Positions 18,599 through 29,089 are shown, counted from the first letter of the stretch. The stretch: DNA of 64,000 nucleotides from Myxococcales bacterium (GCA_047601445.1 JASGJH010000001.1:2464001-2528000), one strand, 5' to 3'. The notes: a model not told the origin generated them from the letters alone. Program-made: numbers and translations.

Positions 18599-19771
18599 GT
18601 GCGTGACGTGTTCATCGCTGGTTGCGGCGAAACTCCTGTGATGAAGCAGAGCACTGACGACCTACGTCAGCTCGGTGCCACCGCTGTACGCGCTGCCATT
18701 CAAAACAGTGGGATTGAAGCCCCCACCGCCCTCTACGTAGGCAACATGCTTAGCGGCATGCTCTCGGGTCAGCAGCAGCTGGGCGCCCTCATCGCGCACT
18801 CGGCCGGCCTGCACGGGATCGAGGCTGCTACCGTCGAAGCCTCCTGCGGCTCCGGTGGCGCCGCCGCCCGCTGGGGTGTGATGGCCATCCAGAGCGGTGC
18901 CCATGACGTGGTCGTGGTGTGCGGCGTCGAGCGCATGACCCACGCCCCCAAGGATGCGGTGACCCGCTCCTTGGCTGCCGCCTCCGACTGGGAGCAGGAA
19001 GGTGGCCGCGGTGAGACCTTCGTCTCGCTCAACGCCCGCCTGATGCAGGCCTACATGCAGGAGCACCGCGTGGACAACGCGGCCTTCGCCCCCTTCGCGC
19101 TCAACGCCCATCGCAACGCTGCACGCAACCCCCACGCCCTGTTCAAGGGCAAGCAGGTAAGCGAGCAGGCGTACCACGAGTCGCGTCAGGTCGAAGGACC
19201 GCTCAAGCTGTTCGACATCTCACCGATCTGCGACGGCTCGGCCGCCATCGTGCTCGTCTCGGGCGACGTCGCCCAGCGGATGCGCCGCAGCGGTCAGCCC
19301 CTGGTGCGCGTGCGTGCTTCCACGATCGCCACCGACTCCTTGGCCCTCGACGATCGCGAGCGCCTGCTGCGCCTGGCGGCCGTGGAGCGCGGCGCCAAGC
19401 GCGCCTACGAGCAGGCCAAGATCAAGGCCCAGGACATCGACCTCTTCGAGTGTCACGACGCCTACACCGTGATGTCCGTGCTCTCGCTCGAGGCCGCTGG
19501 CTTCGCCGAAGAGGGCAAGGGCTACACGATGGGTCTCGAGGGAGACATCTTCACCGAGGGCAAGCTGCCGATCACCACCATGGGCGGGCTCAAGGGCCGC
19601 GGTCATCCGGTCGGCGCCACCGGCGTGTACCAGCTGTGCGAAGCCTATTCGCAGCTTACGGGCACGGCAGGCGAGAACCAGGTCAAGGGCAACCCCGAGA
19701 TCGCGATGACCCAGAACTTCGGCGGCACCGGCGCCACCGTGGTCACCCACATCCTCGAGCGCGCGGCCTGA
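18599..19771 (+). CDS. Thiolase, SCP2/archaeal type
   Basis: EASCGSG nucleophile, HDAYT, GHPVGATG, C-terminal NFGG instead of CxG. Confidence 0.85.
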   Translation: MRDVFIAGCGETPVMKQSTDDLRQLGATAVRAAIQNSGIEAPTALYVGNMLSGMLSGQQQLGALIAHSAGLHGIEAATVEASCGSGGAAARWGVMAIQSGAHDVVVVCGVERMTHAPKDAVTRSLAAASDWEQEGGRGETFVSLNARLMQAYMQEHRVDNAAFAPFALNAHRNAARNPHALFKGKQVSEQAYHESRQVEGPLKLFDISPICDGSAAIVLVSGDVAQRMRRSGQPLVRVRASTIATDSLALDDRERLLRLAAVERGAKRAYEQAKIKAQDIDLFECHDAYTVMSVLSLEAAGFAEEGKGYTMGLEGDIFTEGKLPITTMGGLKGRGHPVGATGVYQLCEAYSQLTGTAGENQVKGNPEIAMTQNFGGTGATVVTHILERAA

Positions 19772-19793
19772 GCGAGAGCGTGCGTCGCCGCTG

Positions 19794-19828
19794 AGGCCCG
19801 GGTCGAAGGACTCGGGCCTTTGTCGTTT
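19794..19828 (+). terminator. Intrinsic terminator after thiolase
   Basis: AGGCCCGGGTC-GAAG-GACTCGGGCCT stem followed by TTGTCGTTT. Confidence 0.65.
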
Positions 19829-19836
19829 AAGGCGTC

Positions 19837-19871
19837 GATTCTCGCTCGCGCGCTCCAGGGCGCGCGTCGAC
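19837..19871 (+). repeat. REP-like palindromic element, copy 1
   Basis: GATTCTCGCTCGCGCGCTCCAGGGCGCGCGTCGAC matches the copies at 34435-34505 and 61321-61423. Confidence 0.55.
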
Positions 19872-19893
19872 GCGTGCCACACTCGGCCCCGAG

Positions 19894-20583
19894 ATGAGTG
19901 CGTACGATCCGGTGGCGGTACTCTACGACCGCGCCTTCGAGGACATCCGGGTGCGGCGGGCCGAGTGGCGCTGGGTTCAGCGGCGGCTTCAGGCCTTCCA
20001 GGCTCCCCCACGGGCCCTGGAGATCGGCTGCGGCACCGGTGCCTTGCTGCGGGCACTGACGCCCAGTCTCTCCTGCGGGGTGGGATTGGATGTGTCCGGG
20101 CCGATGCTGGAGCAAGCCCGGCAGCGGGCGCGCCATCTGCCCACGCTTTCGTTCGTACAGATCGAGGGGCCCGCGCTGCCGGTGCCGGACGCCTCGCACG
20201 ATCTCGTGATCTCGTTCCTGTCCTTCCGGTACCTGGACTGGCCCGCGATCTGGCCCGAGATCCGGCGGGTACTCGCTCCAGGTGGGCGCTTCTGGATGGT
20301 GGACATGGTGGCGAGCAAGCCAGCCCCCGGCGATCTGCCTCTCTTGGCCCGGGCGGGGGTTCGCAAAGTGCTCGCCCCACTGCGCACCCCGCGTCTGGCC
20401 CGCGATCTCAAGGCCCTCACCAGGCACCCGGAATGGCAGACGATGCTGGCGCAGCACCCCGCCCGGCCGCTCTCCGAGTACCAGGCGTTCTTCAGTCGTA
20501 CCCTACCCGGGCGATCGCTGCGTACCCTGGACGTGAGCCCGAGCCGGCGCGTCATCGCGATCGACAGCGGTGCACTTCGATGA
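19894..20583 (+). CDS. Class I SAM-dependent methyltransferase
   Basis: LEIGCGTG, GLDVSGPML, LPVPDASHDLV, RVLAPGG. Confidence 0.85.
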   Translation: MSAYDPVAVLYDRAFEDIRVRRAEWRWVQRRLQAFQAPPRALEIGCGTGALLRALTPSLSCGVGLDVSGPMLEQARQRARHLPTLSFVQIEGPALPVPDASHDLVISFLSFRYLDWPAIWPEIRRVLAPGGRFWMVDMVASKPAPGDLPLLARAGVRKVLAPLRTPRLARDLKALTRHPEWQTMLAQHPARPLSEYQAFFSRTLPGRSLRTLDVSPSRRVIAIDSGALR

Positions 20584-21332
20584 GCTGCGTGGGGATGTTG
20601 GACTGGGGGATCGGCGGGATCGGGTGCTACCGGCTGCTCAAGCGCGAACTCCCGCGAGTGCCCGTGATCTACTGGTCGGACACGGGTGCGGTGCCCTACG
20701 GCAAGCTGCCGCGGCGGGAACTCACGCGGCGCGTGGAACGCGTGCTCGAAGCGCTCCGCCGGTTGGGCGCCTCACATTTGGTGGTCGCCTGCAACGCGGC
20801 GTCCACCGTGTTGGATGCGATCGCCTCGCCGCTCCCCACCGTGGGCGTGATCGAGGTCGCGCAGTTCGCGGTGCCGAGCGACCTGCGCGGGACGTTGGCC
20901 GTGATCGGGGGCGGACGTACGGTGCGCTCGGGACTGCACCGACGATCGTTGGCGCGCCGTGGCCTGCGCGTGGTGTCGCGCGTGGCGCAGCCGCTCTCGG
21001 GGCACATCGAGGGCGGTCGCGTGGGGAGCGCCGCATATCGGGCCGATCTGGCGCGCATCATGGCGCCGATCACACAGGCCGACGCCGTGCTCCTGGCATG
21101 CACGCACTACCCGGCGATCGCTGAGGACATTCAGGCCGAGCTCGCGCGCGACGTGCCCCTGCTCGATCCCGCCCAGGCCTTGATCGCGCAGGCGGTGGAG
21201 CGTTTTGGGCTCCAGTCGCAGCGCGGGGCCGATCGCTTCGTGACCACGGGCGCGCCGCGCGAGATGCGAGCGGCGGCCCGACGCGCCTGGGGCGTTACTC
21301 TGCCGCGTTGTGAGCGAGTAGCGCTGCGCTAG
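20580..21332 (+). CDS. Glutamate/aspartate racemase family protein (MurI-like, divergent)
   Basis: DWGIGG, PYG, VACNAAS, LACTHYP. ATGA overlap with the methyltransferase. Confidence 0.8.
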   Translation: MSCVGMLDWGIGGIGCYRLLKRELPRVPVIYWSDTGAVPYGKLPRRELTRRVERVLEALRRLGASHLVVACNAASTVLDAIASPLPTVGVIEVAQFAVPSDLRGTLAVIGGGRTVRSGLHRRSLARRGLRVVSRVAQPLSGHIEGGRVGSAAYRADLARIMAPITQADAVLLACTHYPAIAEDIQAELARDVPLLDPAQALIAQAVERFGLQSQRGADRFVTTGAPREMRAAARRAWGVTLPRCERVALR

Positions 21333-23043
21333 CCGTGCTGGCTGCGGGCGCGAACGCGGGCGGACTCGCCTTGGCGACCGTGGGCGTGGTGACCTCCTCC
21401 AGGTGATGCGCGCCGGCCTTGCATACGTAGGCCTTGTACAGGCTCTCGCCGGGCATGTTGGGCATCTTGATGGTGTTGACGAAGTACCACTCCGCCTGCA
21501 CCTGCGCGGGCGTCACGTCGACCAGCACATAGCCCTTGCGGGTGACCTCCGAGAACTTCACCTGCGGATTGGCGTCGCTCACGAGCGTCGGAACGATGTC
21601 GGCTGTCGGATCGCCCTCCAGGGCCAGCGACGTGATGGAGGGGCCCACGAGCTCCACGCCGAACCCACCCATGCCGGTCGCCGGGTCGTATTTGGCGGGA
21701 TCCCAGGGATCCTGCGCCAAATCGATGGCCCACGAGGTGTGGATGTCACCCGTCATGAAGACCATGTTGTCGATGCCGTCGTCGACGATTTGCTGGAAGA
21801 TGCGCGTGCGCTCGGCGCGATAGCCCTCCCAGAAGTCCGCGAAGGTGGCGGCGCGCATGAGCGGGTCGTGGACCGGCGAGATGATCACCTGGTTGCCGAT
21901 CAGGCGCCAGATGGTGTTGCGCGCCCGTGAGTCCTTGAGCTGCGCGATGAACCACTGCTCCTGTTCGTCGCCGAGGATGGTGCGCGACGGATCGTCCCAC
22001 TCGGGCGGATCCTGGCCGGGCACGCTGGAGACCTCGACCTGCTGACTGCGGGCGAGCTGACGGGTGTCGAGCATGATCAGATCGAACAGGCCTCCGAACT
22101 CGAAGGAGCGATAAATCTTGTCGATGGTGGTGCCCTTCATGGAGCGCGTGGGGACCCACTCGAGGTAGGCCTGTGTGCCCGCCTCTTGACGCGTGGGCCA
22201 GTCCCCCTCGGTGGCGGGCATGTGATTTTCGGCGCCGCCCATCCAGGCGTTGTTGGCGGTCTCGTGGTCGTCCCAGACCGAGATGATCGGGATCTGCCGG
22301 TGGATCTCCTGCAGGTCCTTGTCGGTACGATACTGGGCGTGCCGCGTGCGGTAGTCCTCGAGTGTGATGCACTCCTTGGTGGGCACGTAGGCGCGGTCGG
22401 TGAGCGATGGGTCGCCGTAGCTGTTGTCGGGCTCCGCCTTGGCGTCGGCGTACTCGTAGATGTAGTCGCCCAGGTGAACCCAGACGTCGATATCCTGGCG
22501 GTTGGCGATGGCGCGATAGGCGTTGAAGTAGCCGTTGTTGAAGTTGGCGCAGGAGGTGAACACGATGCGCAGATGGTCGATGCCGGCGGCCGGCAGCGTG
22601 CGCGTGCGGCCGGTGACCGAACGTCCGTCGGCAACTCCGAACGCGTAGTAATAAGTGGTGCCGGGCTGCAGCTTGTCGGCGTCCACTTTGACCGTGTAGT
22701 CGGTCAACGCGTCGGTCATGGCGGTGCCCTTGTTCACCACCTGAGTCAACTCCGGATCGCTGGTGATCACCCAGCTGACTTCGACGGCATCTTCGCCTTC
22801 CATGCTGACGCGCGTCCAGAGCAGTACTCGGTCGCTCAACGGATCCGCGCTCGCCACGCCGTGCGCGAAGGTTTGCGTGTCGACCGCCGCCGAAGCGAGC
22901 ATGGAGCCATCGATGGGCATCCCGTCGCCGTGGTCGCCTCCGCCATCGCCGCCGTTGCTGTCCGCGCAACCGCTGCCGATCAAGCTGCTGACCGCTCCCG
23001 CTCCGACACTGCCGATGATGAATTTGCGACGACCGAATGTCAT
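21295..23043 (-). CDS. phoD: Alkaline phosphatase D, Tat-exported lipoprotein
   Basis: GRRKF twin-arginine signal and GSGC lipobox; HGVASADP, HLGDYIYE, WDDHE, LDTR, TGDIH. Confidence 0.9.
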   Translation of the reverse strand: MTFGRRKFIIGSVGAGAVSSLIGSGCADSNGGDGGGDHGDGMPIDGSMLASAAVDTQTFAHGVASADPLSDRVLLWTRVSMEGEDAVEVSWVITSDPELTQVVNKGTAMTDALTDYTVKVDADKLQPGTTYYYAFGVADGRSVTGRTRTLPAAGIDHLRIVFTSCANFNNGYFNAYRAIANRQDIDVWVHLGDYIYEYADAKAEPDNSYGDPSLTDRAYVPTKECITLEDYRTRHAQYRTDKDLQEIHRQIPIISVWDDHETANNAWMGGAENHMPATEGDWPTRQEAGTQAYLEWVPTRSMKGTTIDKIYRSFEFGGLFDLIMLDTRQLARSQQVEVSSVPGQDPPEWDDPSRTILGDEQEQWFIAQLKDSRARNTIWRLIGNQVIISPVHDPLMRAATFADFWEGYRAERTRIFQQIVDDGIDNMVFMTGDIHTSWAIDLAQDPWDPAKYDPATGMGGFGVELVGPSITSLALEGDPTADIVPTLVSDANPQVKFSEVTRKGYVLVDVTPAQVQAEWYFVNTIKMPNMPGESLYKAYVCKAGAHHLEEVTTPTVAKASPPAFAPAASTASAALLAHNAAE

Positions 23044-23204
23044 TGGATGGTTCCCCCAAGGTCCATGCGCGCCTGGCGCACGCGAAAGGACGCCCATCAT
23101 GCACCAGTCCGGCGATGGGGAAAGCAACGATTTGGCGCGCAAAGCGGGCCGGGAAGCACGGACCACATTGCCAAAACGTGCCTAGCGGCTAACACGAACC
23201 GGCC

Positions 23205-26200
23205 GTGCCCCCAGCGTTTCCCAGGGATCCGTTCGTCCTCGAAGCGGGACTCGTGCGTGCCAACAGCAGCGTGCCCCAGGCCGCCGCCCGCTTTCGCACA
23301 GCCGAGCGGCTGGACCTCTCGGGCTTGCCCGGCGGGGGCTTGGCGTTTCTGCTCACGGAGGCCGCCAGGGCGTCCGCGCCGCCCATGCTGGTGATTACGG
23401 CCGATCAGGACAGCGCCTTCGCCACTGCCCAGGACCTGCGGTTTTTTGGGGTGGCAGGCCGGGGAGGCGATGACGCGCTGCCGGTACTGCGCTTCCCAGG
23501 CATGGACACTTCACCCTTCCTGCAGGTGGCCTCGGACCGCAAGTCGGCGATGGAGCGCGTCGCCGCGCTCTGCCACTTGGCCCACGGGCTGCCCTGGCAG
23601 TTCCTGGTGGCCCCGGTGGGCGCGCTACTGCGGCGCGTGGCCCCCCAGGACGCGCTGCGCAGCCGGGCCAAGCGCATCCAGGTCGCCGACCTGGTGGACC
23701 GTGAAGAGCTGGTATCGCTGCTGAGCGAGTGCGGCTACTTGCGCGTACCGGTGGTGGAGGATCCAGGCAGCTTCGCTGTGCGCGGTGGACTCGTCGACGT
23801 ATTCCCGCCCCACGCCGACGCGCCTGCGCGCCTCGAGCTGGATGACGAGCTCGTGGTCTCCATCAAGCGCTTCGATCCGGATTCACAACGGACCCTGGAC
23901 GCGGTGGATCACCTCTTCGTGCACCCGGCCCGGCAGACGTTGAGCGACGCCGGCACCAAGAAGCGCGTGCGCGAGCGTGTCAGCGATTTGTGCGACGCCG
24001 AGAATCTGCCCTCGCGCAAGCGCAACGAGCTCCTGGACGAGCTCGAGACGGGACGAGCGAGCCTCGGCGTGGACGCGCTGCTGCCGGCCTTCTACGACCA
24101 TCTGGAGACCCTGTTCGACTATCTGCCCAAGGACCTGCGCTGCGTGATCGTGGACCCCACCGCGGTGACCCAGGCCGCGAGCGAAGAGCTCGACCGGGCG
24201 CACAAAGACCGCGCGGCGCGCGTGGAGAACACGCCGGCCTATGCCGTGAAGCAGCTGTATCTCTCGGTGCACGAGCTGCGCGAATGTCTCGAGCGTCACC
24301 CGGTGGCCTCGGTACACGAACTGGCGGTGGCGGGCGCACCGGAGGATGAGGAGTCGCCGCTCTCGGTATTCGAGGCCGAGGATCCGGAGCACGTGGTGGC
24401 CCTGGGCGGCGATTCCCACGAGGGACTGCTGAACCAGCTGAAACAACAGCGCAAGGAGGGCGGCAATCTCGACGCGCTGTCACCGTTCGCGGCGCGCCTC
24501 GGGAGCTGGCTCGAGAGTGGTCTGCGGGTGCTGGTCACCGCGCGCACGCGGACCCAGGCCGACCGCATGGTGGGGTTGCTGAAGAGCTACGGATTGCCGG
24601 TGGACACGCGCACCGAAGCGTTCGCGCCAGAGCGCCTGAGCGGCCCCATCAGCGGGCGCGCGGAAGTGGTGCTGGGCGAGCTGTCGCGGGGCTTCGTGCT
24701 GGCCACCGCTGGTCTCGCGTGCATCACCGAGACCGAGGTCTTCGGCGCAAAGCAGACGCGTAGCGCGCAGCGCAAGACGCGCCGGGCCAAGACCGAGGCC
24801 TTCCTCGACGACCTGAGCGCACTCTCGGTGGGCGACTTCATCGTCCACGTGGAGCACGGTATCGGACGCTACCTAGGGCTCGAAAAGAAGCAGATGCCAC
24901 TGTCGCGCCACGAAGAGCTGCTCGGCATGAAGGCCGTGAGCGTCGAGGTGTTGGTGGTGGAGTACCTGGGCGGGAAGCTCTACCTCCCGGTCACGCGGCT
25001 CAACCAGATCCAGAAGTACGCTAGCGCCGAGGGCAAGGCGCCCAAGCTCGACAAGCTCGGCGGTCAGACCTTCTCCAAGACCAAGGCGCGCGTCCGCGAC
25101 GAGGTCAAGAAGCTGGCTGACGACCTGCTCAAGGTCTACGCACAGCGCGCGGCGATGACACGCCCCCCTTTGCCGGCCGTGGATCGCACCTACGCCGAGT
25201 TCGAGGCCAGCTTCCCCTACGACGAGACGCCCGATCAGACACGGGCCATCGAAGACGTCTTGTCGGATCTCGAGTCGCCACGCGCGATGGATCGCGTGGT
25301 GTGCGGCGACGTCGGCTTCGGCAAGACCGAGGTGGCCATGCGCGCGGCCTTCCGCGTGGCGATGACCGGACGTCAGGTGGCCATCCTGTGTCCGACCACG
25401 GTGCTCGCGCAGCAGCACACCAATACCTTTCGCGAGCGCATGGCCGGCTATCCGCTGCGTATCGGTCAGTTGTCCCGCTTCGTGACCAAGGAGGAACAGG
25501 CGGCGACGTTGGCGGCATTGAAGGACGGCCAAATCGACATCGTGATCGGCACCCACCGCGTGCTGTCGAAGGACGTGCACTTCAAGCAGCTCGGGCTCCT
25601 GGTGGTCGACGAAGAACAGCGCTTCGGCGTGACCCACAAGGAGCGCATCAAGGTGCTGCGTGCCCAGGTGGACGTGCTCACGTTGAGCGCTACCCCCATC
25701 CCGCGCACGCTGCAGATGGCGGTCTCGGGGCTGCGCGACCTCTCGCTGATCACCACCGCGCCGCTCGACCGGCGCGCAGTGCGCACCTTCGTGACGCGCT
25801 GGGAGCCGCACGTGCTGCGTGAGGCGGTGAAGCGGGAGCTCGCGCGCGGTGGCCAGGCCTTCGTGGTTCACAATCGCATCGAGTCGCTGGCCGAGCGCGG
25901 CGCGCGCATCCAGGAGTTGGTGCCCGAGGCGCGCGTGGTGATGGCGCACGGGCAGATGAACGAGGCCACCCTGGAGAAGGTGATGGCTGACTTCGTCGAC
26001 GGTCGCTACGACGTGCTGTGCTCCACGGCGATCATCGAAAGCGGCCTCGATATCCCGCGCGCCAACACCATGATCATCGACCGCGCGGACACCTACGGGC
26101 TGGCCCAGCTCTATCAGTTGCGCGGCCGCGTGGGCCGCTCGCGCGAGCGCGCCTACTGCTACCTGGTCGCGCCGCCTCCCAACGCCATGAGCGAGGAGGC

Positions 26201-26858
26201 CCGCATGCGCATCGCGGCGCTCGAGCGCTTCACGGAACTCGGCTCTGGCTTCAAGGTTGCATCGCTCGATCTCGAGCTACGCGGCTCGGGCGACGTGCTG
26301 GGCGCCGAACAGAGCGGCACGGTGAGCGCCGTGGGCTTCGACCTGTTCTTGAAGATGCTCGAGGAGGCGGTCTCGGAGCTGCGCGGTGACGTGGTGGCCC
26401 ACGAGGTGGACACCGAGCTCAACCTCGACAGCCCGCTGCTCTTGCCCGACGAGTACATCGAGGACATCGGCGTGCGGCTCTCGTTCTACAAGCGCTTTGC
26501 GGGGGCGGACAGCGGAGCTCACGTGGAGGAGATCGCCGAGGAGATGGAGGACCGCTTCGGACCAGCGCCCGACGCGGCACGTACCTTCGTGCGCGCCATG
26601 GGTGTGAAGCCTGAGCTGCGCCAGCTCCGGGTGCTCGGCTGCGAGGCCAGCAAGACGCGCGTCACCCTGCACCTTTCCAATGACGCCCCGCTCGACGTGG
26701 CCCGTCTGGTGGTCCTGGTCGCAGAATCCAAGGGACGCCTCAAGCTCACGCCCGACCGCAAGCTGAGCGCCCGCTTCGAGGACACCCCCGGAAGCGACGC
26801 AATTGGCCACATTCAGTCGCTCCTGCGCGAGCTCGGGCCAGCGGTCCTGCGCAGCTGA
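23205..26858 (+). CDS. mfd: Transcription-repair coupling factor
   Basis: UvrB-like N-terminus (RGGLVDVFP), VHVEHGIGRY, GDVGFGKT, DEEQRFG, SATPIPRT, QLRGRVGR, DLELRGSG. Confidence 0.96.
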   Translation: MPPAFPRDPFVLEAGLVRANSSVPQAAARFRTAERLDLSGLPGGGLAFLLTEAARASAPPMLVITADQDSAFATAQDLRFFGVAGRGGDDALPVLRFPGMDTSPFLQVASDRKSAMERVAALCHLAHGLPWQFLVAPVGALLRRVAPQDALRSRAKRIQVADLVDREELVSLLSECGYLRVPVVEDPGSFAVRGGLVDVFPPHADAPARLELDDELVVSIKRFDPDSQRTLDAVDHLFVHPARQTLSDAGTKKRVRERVSDLCDAENLPSRKRNELLDELETGRASLGVDALLPAFYDHLETLFDYLPKDLRCVIVDPTAVTQAASEELDRAHKDRAARVENTPAYAVKQLYLSVHELRECLERHPVASVHELAVAGAPEDEESPLSVFEAEDPEHVVALGGDSHEGLLNQLKQQRKEGGNLDALSPFAARLGSWLESGLRVLVTARTRTQADRMVGLLKSYGLPVDTRTEAFAPERLSGPISGRAEVVLGELSRGFVLATAGLACITETEVFGAKQTRSAQRKTRRAKTEAFLDDLSALSVGDFIVHVEHGIGRYLGLEKKQMPLSRHEELLGMKAVSVEVLVVEYLGGKLYLPVTRLNQIQKYASAEGKAPKLDKLGGQTFSKTKARVRDEVKKLADDLLKVYAQRAAMTRPPLPAVDRTYAEFEASFPYDETPDQTRAIEDVLSDLESPRAMDRVVCGDVGFGKTEVAMRAAFRVAMTGRQVAILCPTTVLAQQHTNTFRERMAGYPLRIGQLSRFVTKEEQAATLAALKDGQIDIVIGTHRVLSKDVHFKQLGLLVVDEEQRFGVTHKERIKVLRAQVDVLTLSATPIPRTLQMAVSGLRDLSLITTAPLDRRAVRTFVTRWEPHVLREAVKRELARGGQAFVVHNRIESLAERGARIQELVPEARVVMAHGQMNEATLEKVMADFVDGRYDVLCSTAIIESGLDIPRANTMIIDRADTYGLAQLYQLRGRVGRSRERAYCYLVAPPPNAMSEEARMRIAALERFTELGSGFKVASLDLELRGSGDVLGAEQSGTVSAVGFDLFLKMLEEAVSELRGDVVAHEVDTELNLDSPLLLPDEYIEDIGVRLSFYKRFAGADSGAHVEEIAEEMEDRFGPAPDAARTFVRAMGVKPELRQLRVLGCEASKTRVTLHLSNDAPLDVARLVVLVAESKGRLKLTPDRKLSARFEDTPGSDAIGHIQSLLRELGPAVLRS

Positions 26859-26957
26859 GCCGGACGCCCCCGAAAAGCCGCACGATTTCTGGGGATACCG
26901 GCGTAAGATGACGGCCGTGCGCCATGTTCGGCGCCTCACGTCTTGGCTTGACCCACC

Positions 26958-27959
26958 ATGAAAACGACCGAGTCCAGCGCTTCCACAAGCAGCCCCAAAG
27001 TCCCCGGCACGGCGCTCGCGCCCCTGCGCAACATCCCCGACGACCTGGCGCTCTTTCCGCCCGGCACCACGGTGCATGAGGACAAACTGCGCTGCGGCAT
27101 CACGATGCGCTGGTACGAGCGCGGCCCCAAGGATGCGCCCACCGCCATCCTGCTCCACGGCTATCCGGAGATCGGCGCCAGCTGGAAGCACCAGGTGCGC
27201 GCGCTCTCGGATCGCTATCGCGTCGTGGCCCCGGACATGCGCGGCTGCGGCGCCAGCGAAGGGCCGTTTTGGTTTTGGCACTACACGCTGGGACGCCTGG
27301 CCACGGACACCATCGACTTGATGGAAGTCCTCGGCGTGAAGAAGGTTCACCTGGTCGGCCACGATTGGGGCGCAGCGGTGGCCTGGGAGTCGGCGGCGCG
27401 CTTTCCCGAGAGCTTCACCAGCCTATCCATCATCAACTGTCCGCCCCTGCCCTTCCTGTACCGCAACACGCACCTGCAGGCCGTGCGCTCGTCCTATTCG
27501 CTGCGCTTCATGGTGCCGTTCTGGTGGAACGAGCACTGCAAGCGCAACGCGTACAAGATCCTCGAAGGCACCTTCCACGTGGACGAGGAGCACAAGCGCA
27601 TGTTCACGCCGGAGGTCATCCAGCACTACGCGGCCCACGGCACGCGCGCTGGGGTGCCGCACATGAACTACTATCGCGCCGGCATCCTCTTGCCGCCGCT
27701 CAGGTTGCGGCGCGTGGAGGTGCCCACGCGGCTGATCTGGGGCTTGAGCGATCCCTGGATGAACCCCTTCTTCGGGCAGCCCGAGAACTACCTGCACTTC
27801 GTGAGCGCCATCGAGGCCGTACACCTCGACGGCATCAGCCACTTCGCGCAGCAGCAGTCGCCGGACGCCGTGAGCGAGGCCATGCGCGAGCACTGGCAGC
27901 AGACCGAGGCCGGCAAGCCGGTCCAGCACGGCAAAGTCGTGCGGGTGGTCAAGCGTTAG
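26958..27959 (+). CDS. Alpha/beta hydrolase, epoxide-hydrolase-like
   Basis: LLHGYPE, GHDWGA nucleophile elbow, NYYRA, terminal His (GISHF). Confidence 0.82.
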   Translation: MKTTESSASTSSPKVPGTALAPLRNIPDDLALFPPGTTVHEDKLRCGITMRWYERGPKDAPTAILLHGYPEIGASWKHQVRALSDRYRVVAPDMRGCGASEGPFWFWHYTLGRLATDTIDLMEVLGVKKVHLVGHDWGAAVAWESAARFPESFTSLSIINCPPLPFLYRNTHLQAVRSSYSLRFMVPFWWNEHCKRNAYKILEGTFHVDEEHKRMFTPEVIQHYAAHGTRAGVPHMNYYRAGILLPPLRLRRVEVPTRLIWGLSDPWMNPFFGQPENYLHFVSAIEAVHLDGISHFAQQQSPDAVSEAMREHWQQTEAGKPVQHGKVVRVVKR

Positions 27960-28034
27960 ACAAGCGCGACGCCTCCACTCCACGAACGTGGAACGGAGGC
28001 GCAGCTCAGGCTTGCTTGGCGTTCCTGGATCGGA

Positions 28035-28763
28035 TCAGCTGCCACCATCGCCCGCGCCGGCATCACCGCCGCTGACCGCCTCGCCCGTGGCGGGATTGCA
28101 CACGGCCTTGGCCTTCACCTGCTCGAGGCCCGCAGCGCCGGCATCGCCAGCAGTGAACGCGTTCTTGAAGTCGTCGAGAGGCAAGCAACCGAAGTTGACC
28201 GCGGCGCCCAGGATCGTGTCGGCCGCGAAGCCGCACTCGCCCTTGCCGGCCGAGACCTCACGACAGCAGCCGTTGAAGCTGATGGTCTGGGTGGCGACCT
28301 TCACGGTGAAGCCGTTGGTGGCGGTGCCCGCGGCCTCCGGTGCGTCGAGCTGCTCCCAGAAGCCGGTGCAGAAGTTCGACACCTTGTGGTCGGCAGGCGC
28401 GTAGGGCTGGTTGCGCTCGAGGCAGCCAGGCGGGAACAGGCCCTGCGTCAGCGCGCTCACCGTGGTCATGTCGAGACCACACGCGTCGCCGGGATCGCTG
28501 CAGCACGCCGCGAGCTTGGCGGCGCCGCCGAGCACGTCGACGCCCTCGCAGGCCACCTTGGGCTCGCCGCACATGACGGCAGCCGTGCCGGAGTCGAGGG
28601 GCGTACCGCTGTCACCGTCGCCGCCGCCGCCGGCATCACCATCCCCGTCGCCATCGCCCGACGGGTTGTTGTTGTCGTTGTTGTCGCTGCCGCACGCATA
28701 GACGGCCAGAGCTGCGAGTGCGACGGCACTCACGAGTCCCACGCGCTGAAACTTTGCCAACAT
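28035..28763 (-). CDS. Cys-rich hypothetical lipoprotein with GDGDGD linker
   Basis: Lipobox VYAC, Asn/Asp/Gly-rich linker, paired CC motifs. Confidence 0.7.
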   Translation of the reverse strand: MLAKFQRVGLVSAVALAALAVYACGSDNNDNNNPSGDGDGDGDAGGGGDGDSGTPLDSGTAAVMCGEPKVACEGVDVLGGAAKLAACCSDPGDACGLDMTTVSALTQGLFPPGCLERNQPYAPADHKVSNFCTGFWEQLDAPEAAGTATNGFTVKVATQTISFNGCCREVSAGKGECGFAADTILGAAVNFGCLPLDDFKNAFTAGDAGAAGLEQVKAKAVCNPATGEAVSGGDAGAGDGGS

Positions 28764-29089
28764 TTCTTCCACCTCTTCCGGCTCGCAACAGCGGCCGATT
28801 CAGAGCGTATTCCATCAGCAATTACGCGTATTTGTGCGACATGGAGCGAGCTCGTTCGAAAGCCATCCAAGCACGTGACGGAGCTTTCTGATCCGCGAAT
28901 TCCCGGCGCTCGGACGCAACGACCGTTGCGTAAGCTGGTTTATCCCAGCGATTTTGCAGGCAGCGCCCAGTAGCGCGCGGTCAGTGCCCTGCCGCGTCGA
29001 TCCGAGGTATGGTCCGCAGCGCTCTTTTTTTTCGAGAGCCGAATTTTTTTTAGCCGTCTGACCTGCTTCGACATGAGGAACAACGACCC

